A DNA stretch of 64,000 nucleotides from Balanoglossus misakiensis (taxonomy: Eukaryota; Animalia; Hemichordata). Position numbers and translations under genes: made by a program. The stretch lies in the NCBI GenBank assembly GCA_040954595.2, contig CM082597.2:10261778-10325777 (forward strand). The letters are read 5' to 3'. Below are positions 1 through 12,400 of this stretch, piece after piece. Position 1 is the stretch's first letter; each line of letters starts with the position of its first letter. The notes under the pieces were generated by a model. It was not told the origin of the DNA and did not search any database. It saw nothing but the letters and a program-made list of their open reading frames with translations.

Positions 1-150
1 GGTCCCAACAATAACGACAAACACAATACGATAGAATTTTTACTCAATGACTTTCTGGCCTTATTTTCGCATCGTCTTGGAAGGGCAAATGAAAAAGGCA
101 TATCGATTATTGGTACTCCACTTATTAGACTTTCCACTGTTTGTCAACAG

Positions 151-241
151 CACTGCCAAGGAACTCCTGCCAGCCATCATTGATTGTCTGGATAGTAGTG
201 CCCAGAGTGTCGTCAATGTAGCTTTACAACATCTACGCTAA
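151..241 (+). pseudogene. Exon-like fragment in every satellite unit, encoding a HEAT/ARM-like helix pair (possibly from the Integrator subunit 1 C-terminus)
   Basis: Acceptor-like TTTCCACTGTTTGTCAACAG (131-150) is followed by (S)TAKELLPAIIDCLDSSAQSVVNVALQHL, then a stop codon and poly-T. The INTS1 resemblance is recalled from memory, not searched. Confidence 0.4.
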
Positions 242-290
242 ACAAATCTCTTTTTTTTTTTGCCTAACTTAATATATTTGTTTATTTCAG

Positions 291-420
291 TGCTATGAGC
301 AATCCTCCGTTGCGTTTACTGTCAGAGATGTATCTGCAACAACCCGATTTAATTCAGAGTGTCAGAAAAAGTGACTTGCTGGTCAAGAATGCAAACAGTG
401 TCAGTCAGAGTGTCTCACAG
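291..420 (+). pseudogene. 130-nt exon-like cassette with consensus splice signals, present in every unit
   Basis: Branch-like CCTAAC (263-268), acceptor TTTGTTTATTTCAG (to 290) and donor CAG|GTGAGA (421). One frame is open: AMSN(T/P)PLRLLSEMYLQQPDLIQSVRKSDLLVKNANSVSQSVSQ. Product not recognised. Confidence 0.4.
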
Positions 421-3400
421 GTGAGAGATTTTTTCTTATTTTTACACATGGGTTAGACGTGGGCATTGCAGAGAGGGCAGCACCAATTTCATAAATGTAC
501 GTAGCAGTAAATACAGACTGCCTTTGCTTCCTTCCATATTTCATGCACACCGTGTAAGTAGACTTTACCTAATTTTGTCCCTTCTTTTCACCCAATTTAC
601 TGTCTTTTCCTGATCTCCAACACAGATTATGGTTGCCACCATCTTGTCTGTTGTTAGGACAGCACACTGCCTTATTGTGTTGACTGTGTGCAGTTTTTGT
701 AACCAGAGCCTCTAACCCAAACTATTATGCAGTTGTTACATATGATGCAAGTTGCCCATAAAATTACCTAACAATAAAATGTGGCTGTCGAACATTGGTC
801 CCAACAATAACGACAAACACAATACGATAGAATTTTTACTCAATGACTTTCTGGCCTCATTTTCGCATCGTCTTGGAAGGGCAAATGAAAAAGGCATATC
901 GATTATTGGTACTCCACTTATTAGACTTTCCACTGTTTGTCAACAGCACTGCCAAGGAACTCCTGCCAGCCATCATTGATTGTCTGGATAGTAGTGCCCA
1001 GAGTGTCGTCAATGTAGCTTTACAACATCTACGCTAAACAAATCTCTTTTTTTTTTGGCCTAACTTAATATATTTGTTTATTTCAGTGCTATGAGCAATA
1101 CTCCGTTGCGTTTACTGTCAGAGATGTATCTGCAACAACCCGATTTAATTCAGTGTCAGAAAAAGTGACTTGCTGGTCAAGAATGCAAACAGTGTCAGTC
1201 AGAGTGTCTCACAGGTGAGAGATTTTTTCTTTTTTTTACACATGGGTTAGACGTGGGCATTGCAGAGAGGGCAGCACCAATTTCATAAATGTACGTAGCA
1301 GTAAATACAGACTGCCTTTGCTTCCTTCCATATTTCATGCACACCGTGTAAGTAGACTTTACCTAATTTTGTCCCTTCTTTTCACCCAATTTACTGTCTT
1401 TTCCTGATCTCCAACACAGACTATGGTTGCCACCATCTTGTCTGTTGTTAGGACAGCACACTGCCTTATTGTGTTGACTGTGTGCAGTTTTTGTAACAAG
1501 AGCCTCTAACCGTAACCCTAACTATTATGCAGTTGTTACATAGGATGCAAGTTGCCCATAAAATTACCTAACAATAAAATGTGGCTGTCGAACATTGGTC
1601 CCAACAATAACGACAAACACAATACGATAGAATTTTTACTCAATGACTTTCTGGCCTCATTTTCGCATCGTCTTGGAAGGGCAAATGAAAAAGGCATATC
1701 GATTATTGGTACTCCACTTATTAGACTTTCCACTGTTTGTCAACAGCACTGCCAAGGAACTCCTGCCAGCCATCATTGATTGTCTGGATAGTAGTGCCCA
1801 GAGTGTCGTCAATGTAGCTTTACAACATCTACGCTAAACAAATCTCTTTATTTTTTGGCCTAACTTAATATATTTGTTTATTTCAGTGCTATGAGCAATA
1901 CTCCGTTGCGTTTACTGTCAGAGATGTATCTCCAACAACCCGATTTAATTCAGTGTCAGAAAAAGTGACTTGCTGGTCAAGAATGCAAACAGTGACAGTC
2001 AGAGTGTCTCACAGGTGAGAGATTTTTTCTTTTTTTTTTACACACGGGTTAGACGTGGGCATTGCAGAGAGGGCAGCACCAATTTCATAAATGTACGTAG
2101 CAGTAAATACAGACTGCCTTTGCTTCCTTCCATATTTCATGCACACCGTGTAAGTAGACTTTACCTAATTTTGTCCCTTCTTTTCACCCAATTTACTGTC
2201 TTTTCCTGATCTCCAACACAGACTATGGTTGCCACCATCTTGTCTGTTGTTAGGACAGCACACTGCCTTATTGTGTTGACTGTGTGCAGTTTTTGTAACC
2301 AGAGCCTCTAACCCTAACTATTATGCAGTTGTTACATATGATGCAAGTTGCCCATAAAATTACCTAACAATAAAATGTGGCTGTCGAACATTGGTCCCAA
2401 CAATAACGACAAACACAATACGATAGAATTTTTACTCAATGACTTTCTGGCCTCATTTTCGCATCGTCTTGGAAGGGCAAATGAAAAAGGCATATCGATT
2501 ATTGGTACTCCACTTATTAGACTTTCCACTGTTTGTCAACAGCACTGCCAAGGAACTCCTGCCAGCCATCATTGATTGTCTGGATAGTAGTGCCCAGAGT
2601 GTCGTCAATGTAGCTTTACAACATCTACGCTAAACAAATCTCTTTTTTTTTGGCCTAACTTAATATATTTGTTTATTTCAGTGCTATGAGCAATACTCCG
2701 TTGCGTTTACTGTCAGAGATGTATCTGCAACAACCCGATTTAATTCAGAGTGTCAGAAAAAGTGACTTGCTGGTCAAGAATGCAAACAGTGTCAGTCAGA
2801 GTGTCTCACAGGTGAGAGATTTTTTCTTTTTTTTTACACACGGGTTAGACGTGGGCATTGCAGAGAGGGCAGCACCAATTTCATAAATGTACGTAGCAGT
2901 AAATACAGACTGCCTTTGCTTCCTTCCATAATTCATGCACACCGTGTAAGTAGACTTTACCTAATTTTGTCCCTTCTTTTCACCCAATTTACTGTCTTTT
3001 CCTGATCTCCAACACAGACTATGGTTGCCACCATCTTGTCTGTTGTTAGGACAGCACACTGCCTTATTGTGTTGACTGTGTGCAGTTTTTGTAACCAGAG
3101 CCTCTAACCCAAACTATTATGCAGTTGTTACATATGATGCAAGTTGCCCATAAAATTACCTAACAATAAAATGTGGCTGTCGAACATTGGTCCCAACAAT
3201 AACGACAAACACAATACGATAGAATTTTTACTCAATGACTTTCTGGCCTCATTTTCGCATCGTCTTGGAAGGGCAAATGAAAAAGGCATATCGATTATTG
3301 GTACTCCACTTATTAGACTTTCCACTGTTTGTCAACAGCACTGCCAAGGAACTCCTGCCAGCCATCATTGATTGTCTGGATAGTAGTGCCCAGAGTGTCG

Positions 3401-6400
3401 TCAATGTAGCTTTACAACATCTACGCTAAACAAATCTCTTTTTTTTTGGCCTAACTTAATATATTTGTTTATTTCAGTGCTATGAGCAATACTCCGTTGC
3501 GTTTACTGTCAGAGATGTATCTGCAACAACCCGATTTAATTCAGAGTGTCAGAAAAAGTGACTTGCTGGTCAAGAATGCAAACAGTGTCAGTCAGAGTGT
3601 CTCACAGGTGAGAGATTTTTTCTTTTTTTTTACACACGGGTTAGACGTGGGCATTGCAGAGAGGGCAGCACCAATTTCATAAATGTACGTAGCAGTAAAT
3701 ACAGACTGCCTTTGCTTCCTTCCATAATTCATGCACACCGTGTAAGTAGACTTTACCTAATTTTGTCCCTTCTTTTCACCCAATTTACTGTCTTTTCCTG
3801 ATCTCCAACACAGACTATGGTTGCCACCATCTTGTCTGTTGTTAGGACAGCACACTGCCTTATTGTGTTGACTGTGTGCAGTTTTTGTAACCAGAGCCTC
3901 TAACCCAAACTATTATGCAGTTGTTACATATGATGCAAGTTGCCCATAAAATTACCTAACAATAAAATGTGGCTGTCAAACATTGGTCCCAACAATAACG
4001 ACAAACACAATACGATAGAATTTTTACTCAATGACTTTCTGGCCTCATTTTCGCATCGTCTTGGAAGGGCAAATGAAAAAGGCATATCGATTATTGGTAC
4101 TCCACTTATTAGACTTTCCACTGTTTGTCAACAGCACTGCCAAGGAACTCCTGCCAGCCATCATTGATTGTCTGGATAGTAGTGCCCAGAGTGTCGTCAA
4201 TGTAGCTTTACAACATCTACGCTAAACAAATCTCTTTTTTTTTTTGGCCTAACTTAATATATTTGTTTATTTCAGTGCTATGAGCAATACTCCGTTGCGT
4301 TTACTGTCAGAAGTGTATCTGCAACAACCCGATTTAATTCAGAGTGTCAGAAAAAGTGACTTGCTGGTCAAGAATGCAAACAGTGTCAGTCAGAGTGTCT
4401 CACAGGTGAGAGATTTTTTCTTTTTTTTTACACACGGGTTAGACGTGGGCATTGCAGAGAGGGCAGCACCAATTTCATAAATGTACGTAGCAGTAAATAC
4501 AGACTGCCTTTGCCTCCTTCCATAATTCATGCACACCGTGTAAGTAGACTTTACCTAATTTTGTCCCTTCTTTTCACCCAATTTACTGTCTTTTCCTGAT
4601 CTCCAACACAGACTATGGTTGCCACTATCTTGTCTGTTGTTAGGACAGCACACTGCCTTATTGTGTTGACTGTGTGCAGTTTTTGTAACCAGAGCCTCTA
4701 ACCCAAACTATTATGCAGTTGTTACATATGATGCAAGTTGCCCATAAAATTACCTAACAATAAAATGTGGCTGTCGAACATTGGTCCCAACAATAACGAC
4801 AAACACAATACGATAGAATTTTTACTCAATGACTTTCTGGCCTCATTTTCGCATCGTCTTGGAAGGGCAAATGAAAAAGGCATATCGATTATTGGTACTC
4901 CACTTATTAGACTTTCCACTGTTTGTCAACAGCACTGCCAAGGAACTCCTGCCAGCCATCATTGATTGTCTGGATAGTAGTGCCCAGAGTGTCGTCAATG
5001 TAGCTTTACAACATCTACGCTAAACAAATCTCTTTTTTTTTGGCCTAACTTAATATATTTGTTTATTTCAGTGCTATGAGCAATACTCCGTTGCGTTTAC
5101 TGTCAGAGATGTATCTGCAACAACCCGATTTAATTCAGAGTGTCAGAAAAAGTGACTTGCTGGTCAAGAATGCAAACAGTGTCAGTCAGAGTGTCTCACA
5201 GGTGAGAGATTTTTTCTTTTTTTTTACACACGGGTTAGACGTGGGCATTGCAGACAGGGCAGCACCAATTTCATAAATGTACGTAGCAGTAAATACAGAC
5301 TGCCTTTGCTTCCTTCCATATTTCATGCACACCGTGTAAGTAGACTTTACCTAATTTTGTCCCTTCTTTTCACCCAATTTACTGTCTTTTCCTGATCTCC
5401 AACACAGACTATGGTTGCCACCATCTTGTCTGTTGTTAGGACAGCACACTGCCTTATTGTGTTGACTGTGTGCAGTTTTTGTAACCAGAGCCTCTAACCC
5501 AAACTATTCTGCAGTTGTTACATATGATGCAAGTTGCCCATAAAATTACCTAACAATAAAATGTGGCTGTCGAACATTGGTCCCAACAATAACGACAAAC
5601 ACAATACGATAGAATTTTTACTCAATGACTTTCTGGCCTCATTTTCGCATCGTCTTGGAAGGGCAAATGAAAAAGGCATATCGATTATTGGTACTCCACT
5701 TATTAGACTTTCCACTGTTTGTCAACAGCACTGCCAAGGAACTCCTGCCAGCCATCATTGATTGTCTGGATAGTAGTGCCCAGAGTGTCGTCAATGTAGC
5801 TTTACAACATCTACGCTAAACAAATCTCTTTTTTTTTGGCCTAACTTAATATATTTGTTTATTTCAGTGCTATGAGCAATACTCCGTTGCGTTTACTGTC
5901 AGAGATGTATCTGCAACAACCCGATTTAATTCAGAGTGTCAGAAAAAGTGACTTGCTGGTCAAGAATGCAAACAGTGTCAGTCAGAGTGTCTCACAGGTG
6001 AGAGATTTTTTCTTTTTTTTTACACACGGGTTAGACGTGGGCATTGCAGAGAGGGCAGCACCAATTTCATAAATGTACGTAGCAGTAAATACAGACTGCC
6101 TTTGCTTCCTTCCATAATTCATGCACACCATGTAAGTAGACTTTACCTAATTTTGTCCCTTCTTTTCACCCAATTTACTGTCTTTTCCTGATCTCCAACA
6201 CAGACTATGGTTGCCACCATCTTGTCTGTTGTTAGGACAGCACACTGCCTTATTGTGTTGACTGTGTGCAGTTTTTGTAACCAGAGCCTCTAACCCAAAC
6301 TATTATGCAGTTGTTACATATGATGCAAGTTGCCCATAAAATTACCTAACAATAAAATGTGGCTGTCGAACATTGGTCCCAACAATAACGACAAACACAA

Positions 6401-9400
6401 TACGATAGAATTTTTACTCAATGACTTTCTGGCCTCATTTTCGCATCGTCTTGGAAGGGCAAATGAAAAAGGAATATCGATTATTGGTACTCCACTTATT
6501 AGACTTTCCACTGTTTGTCAACAGCACTGCCAAGGAACTCCTGCCAGCCATCATTGATTGTCTGGATAGTAGTGCCCAGAGTGTCGTCAATGTAGCTTTA
6601 CAACATCTACGCTAAACAAATCTCTTTTTTTTTGGCCTAACTTAATATATTTGTTTATTTCAGTGCTATGAGCAATACTCCGTTGCGTTTACTGTCAGAG
6701 ATGTATCTGCAACAACCCGATTTAATTCAGAGTGTCAGAAAAAGTGACTTGCTGGTCAAGAATGCAAACAGTGTCAGTCAGAGTGTCTCACAGGTGAGAG
6801 ATTTTTTCTTTTTTTTACACATGGGTTAGACGTGGGCATTGCAGAGAGGGCAGCACCAATTTCATAAATGTACGTAGCAGTAAATACAGACTGCCTTTGC
6901 TTCCTTCCATATTTCATGCACACCGTGTAAGTAGACTTTACCTAATTTTGTCCCTTCTTTTCACCCAATTTACTGTCTTTTCCTGATCTCCAACACAGAC
7001 TATGGTTGCCACCATCTTGTCTGTTGTTAGGACAGCACACTGCCTTATTGTGTTGACTGTGTGCAGTTTTTGTAACCAGAGCCTCTAACCCAAACTATTA
7101 TGCAGTTGTTACATATGATGCAAGTTGCCCATAAAATTACCTAACAATAAAATGTGGCTGTCGAACATTGGTCCCAACAATAACGACAAACACAATACGA
7201 TAGAATTTTTACTCAATGACTTTCTGGCCTCATTTTCGCATCGTCTTGGAAGGGCAAATGAAAAAGGCATATCGATTATTGGTACTCCACTTATTAGACT
7301 TTCCACTGTTTGTCAACAGCACTGCCAAGGAACTCCTGCCAGCCATCATTGATTGTCTGGATAGTAGTGCCCAGAGTGTCGTCAATGTAGCTTTACAACA
7401 TCTACGCTAAACAAATCTCTTTTTTTTTTTGGCCTAACTTAATATATTTGTTTATTTCAGTGCTATGAGCAATACTCCGTTGTGTTTACTGTCAGAGATG
7501 TATCTGCAACAACCCGATTTAATTCAGAGTGTCAGAAAAAGTGACTTGCTGGTCAAGAATGCAAACAGTGTCAGTCAGAGTGTCTCACAGGTGAGAGATT
7601 TTTTCTTTTTTTTTACACACGGGTTAGACGTGGGCATTGCAGAGAGGGCAGCACCAATTTCATAAATGTACGTAGCAGTATATACAGACTGCCTTTGCTT
7701 CCTTCCATATTTCATGCACACCGTGTAAGTAGACTTTACCTAATTTTGTCCCTTCTTTTCACCCAATTTACTGTCTTTTCCTGATCTCCAACACAGACTA
7801 TGGTTGCCACCATCTTGTCTGTTGTTAGGACAGCACACTGCCTTATTGTGTTGACTGTGTGCAGTTTTTGTAACCAGAGCCTCTAACCCAAACTATTATG
7901 CAGTTGTTACATATGATGCAAGTTGCCCATAAAATTACCTAACAATAAAATGTGGCTGTCGAACATTGGTCCCAACAATAACGACAAACACAATACGATA
8001 GAATTTTTACTCAATGACTTTCTGGCCTCATTTTCGCATCGTCTTGGAAGGGCAAATGAAAAAGGCATATCGATTATTGGTACTCCACTTATTAGACTTT
8101 CCACTGTTTGTCAACAGCACTGCCAAGGAACTCCTGCCAGCCATCATTGATTGTCTGGATAGTAGTGCCCAGAGTGTCGTCAATGTAGCTTTACAACATC
8201 TACGCTAAACAAATCTCTTTTTTTTTTTTGCCTAACTTAATATATTTGTTTATTTCAGTGCTATGAGCAATACTCCGTTGTGTTTACTGTCAGAGATGTA
8301 TCTGCAACAACCCGATTTAATTCAGAGTGTCAGAAAAAGTGACTTGCTGGTCAAGAATGCAAACAGTGTCAGTCAGAGTGTCTCACAGGTGAGAGATTTT
8401 TTCTTTTTTTTTACACACGGGTTAGACGTGGGCATTGCAGAGAGGGCAGCACCAATTTCATAAATGTACGTAGCAGTATATACAGACTGCCTTTGCTTCC
8501 TTCCATATTTCATGCACACCGTGTAAGTAGACTTTACCTAATTTTGTCCCTTCTTTTCACCCAATTTACTGTCTTTTCCTGATCTCCAACACAGACTATG
8601 GTTGCCACCATCTTGTCTGTTGTTAGGACAGCACACTGCCTTATTGTGTTGACTGTGTGCAGTTTTTGTAACCAGAGCCTCTAACCCAAACTATTATGCA
8701 GTTGTTACATATGATGCAAGTTGCCCATAAAATTACCTAACAATAAAATGTGGCTGTCGAACATTGGTCCCAACAATAACGACAAACACAATACGATAGA
8801 ATTTTTACTCAATGACTTTCTGGCCTCATTTTCGCATCGTCTTGGAAGGGCAAATGAAAAAGGCATATCGATTATTGGTACTCCACTTATTAGACTTTCC
8901 ACTGTTTGTCAACAGCACTGCCAAGGAACTCCTGCCAGCCATCATTGATTGTCCGGATAGTAGTGCCCAGAGTGTCGTCAATGTAGCTTTACAACATCTA
9001 CGCTAAACAAATCTCTTTTTTTTTTTGGCCTAACTTAATATATTTGTTTATTTCAGTGCTATGAGCAATACTCCGTTGTGTTTACTGTCAGAGATGTATC
9101 TGCAACAACCCGATTTAATTCAGAGTGTCAGAAAAAGTGACTTGCTGGTCAAGAATGCAAACAGTGTCAGTCAGAGTGTCTCACAGGTGAGAGATTTTTT
9201 CTTTTTTTTTACACACGGGTTAGACGTGGGCATTGCAGAGAGGGCAGCACCAATTTCATAAATGTACGTAGCAGTATATACAGACTGCCTTTGCTTCCTT
9301 CCATATTTCATGCACACCGTGTAAGTAGACTTTACCTAATTTTGTCCCTTCTTTTCACCCAATTTACTGTCTTTTCCTGATCTCCAACACAGACTATGGT

Positions 9401-12400
9401 TGCCACCATCTTGTCTGTTGTTAGGACAGCACACTGCCTTATTGTGTTGACTGTGTGCAGTTTTTGTAACCAGAGCCTCTAACCCAAACTATTATGCAGT
9501 TGTTACATATGATGCAAGTTGCCCATAAAATTACCTAACAATAAAATGTGGCTGTCGAACATTGGTCCCAACAATAACGACAAACACAATACGATAGAAT
9601 TTTTACTCAATGACTTTCTGGCCTCATTTTCGCATCGTCTTGGAAGGGCAAATGAAAAAGGCATATCGATTATTGGTACTCCACTTATTAGACTTTCCAC
9701 TGTTTGTCAACAGCACTGCCAAGGAACTCCTGCCAGCCATCATTGATTGTCTGGATAGTAGTGCCCAGAGTGTCGTCAATGTAGCTTTACAACATCTACG
9801 CTAAACAAATCTCTTTTTTTTTTGGCCTAACTTAATATATTTGTTTATTTCAGTGCTATGAGCAATACTCCGTTGTGTTTACTGTCAGAGATGTATCTGC
9901 AACAACCCGATTTAATTCAGAGTGTCAGAAAAAGTGACTTGCTGGTCAAGAATGCAAACAGTGTCAGTCAGAGTGTCTCACAGGTGAGAGATTTTTTTCT
10001 TTTTTTTTACACACGGGTTAGACGTGGGCATTGCAGAGAGGGCAGCACCAATTTCATAAATGTACGTAGCAGTAAATACAGACTGCCTTTGCTTCCTTCC
10101 ATATTTCATGCACACCGTGTAAGTAGACTTTACCTAATTTTGTCCCTTCTTTTCACCCAATTTACTGTCTTTTCCTGATCTCCAACACAGACTATGGTTG
10201 CCACCATCTTGTCTGTTGTTAGGACAGCACACTGCCTTATTGTGTTGACTGTGTGCAGTTTTTGTAACCAGAGCCTCTAACCCAAACTATTATGCAGTTG
10301 TTACATATGATGCAAGTTGCCCATAAAATTACCTAACAATAAAATGTGGCTGTCGAACATTGGTCCCAACAATAACGACAAACACAATACGATAGAATTT
10401 TTACTCAATGACTTTCTGGCCTCATTTTCGCATCGTCTTGGAAGGGCAAATGAAAAAGGCATATCGATTATTGGTACTCCACTTATTAGACTTTCCACTG
10501 TTTGTCAACAGCACTGCCAAGGAACTCCTGCCAGCCATCATTGATTGTCTGGATAGTAGTGCCCAGAGTGTCGTCAATGTAGCTTTACAACATCTACGCT
10601 AAACAAATCTCTTTTTTTTTGGCCTAACTTAATATATTTGTTTATTTCAGTGCTATGAGCAATACTCTGTTGCGTTTACTGTCAGAGATGTATCTGCAAC
10701 AACCCGATTTAATTCAGAGTGTCAGAAAAAGTGACTTGCTGGTCAAGAATGCAAACAGTGTCAGTCAGAGTGTCTCACAGGTGAGAGATTTTTTCTTTTT
10801 TTTTTTACACACGGGTTAGACGTGGGCATTGCAGAGAGGGCAGCACCAATTTCATAAATGTACGTAGCAGTAAATACAGACTGCCTTTGCTTCCTTCCAT
10901 ATTTCATGCACACCGTGTAAGTAGACTTTACCTAATTTTGTCCCTTCTTTTCACCCAATTTACTGTCTTTTCCTGATCTCCAACACAGACTATGGTTGCC
11001 ACCATCTTGTCTGTTGTTAGGACAGCACACTGCCTTATTGTGTTGACTGTGTGCAGTTTTTGTAACCAGAGCCTCTAACCCAAACTATTATGCAGTTGTT
11101 ACATATGATGCAAGTTGCCCATAAAATTACCTAACAATAAAATGTGGCTGTCGAACATTGGTCCCAACAATAACGACAAACACAATACGATAGAATTTTT
11201 ACTCAATGACTTTCTGGCCTCATTTTCGCATCGTCTTGGAAGGGCAAATGAAAAAGGCATATCGATTATTGGTACTCCACTTATTAGACTTTCCACTGTT
11301 TGTCAACAGCACTGCCAAGGAACTCCTGCCAGCCATCATTGATTGTCTGGATAGTAGTGCCCAGAGTGTCGTCAATGTAGCTTTACAACATCTACGCTAA
11401 ACAAATCTCTTTTTTTTTGGCCTAACTTAATATATTTGTTTATTTCAGTGCTATGAGCAATACTCTGTTGCGTTTACTGTCAGAGATGTATCTGCAACAA
11501 CCCGATTTAATTCAGAGTGTCAGAAAAAGTGACTTGCTGGTCAAGAATGCAAACAGTGTCAGTCAGAGTGTCTCACAGGTGAGAGATTTTTTCTTTTTTT
11601 TTACACACGGGTTAGACGTGGGCATTGCAGAGAGGGCAGCACCAATTTCATAAATGTACGTAGCAGTAAATACAGACTGCCTTTGCTTCCTTCCATATTT
11701 CATGCACACCGTGTAAGTAGACTTTACCTAATTTTGTCCCTTCTTTTCACCCAATTTACTGTCTTTTCCTGATCTCCAACACAGACTATGGTTGCCACCA
11801 TCTTGTCTGTTGTTAGGACAGCACACTGCCTTATTGTGTTGACTGTGTGCAGTTTTTGTAACCAGAGCCTCTAACCCAAACTATTATGCAGTTGTTACAT
11901 ATGATGCAAGTTGCCCATAAAATTACCTAACAATAAAATGTGGCTGTCGAACATTGGTCCCAACAATAACGACAAACACAATACGATAGAATTTTTACTC
12001 AATGACTTTCTGGCCTCATTTTCGCATCGTCTTGGAAGGGCAAATGAAAAAGGCATATCGATTATTGGTACTCCACTTATTAGACTTTCCACTGTTTGTC
12101 AACAGCACTGCCAAGGAACTCCTGCCAGCCATCATTGATTGTCTGGATAGTAGTGCCCAGAGTGTCGTCAATGTAGCTTTACAACATCTACGCTAAACAA
12201 ATCTTTTTTTTTTGGCCTAACTTAATATATTTGTTTATTTCAGTGCTATGAGCAATACTCCGTTGTGTTTACTGTCAGAGATGTATCTGCAACAACCCGA
12301 TTTAATTCAGAGTGTCAGAAAAAGTGACTTGCTGGTCAAGAATGCAAACAGTGTCAGTCAGAGTGTCTCACAGGTGAGAGATTTTTTCTTTTTTTTTACA

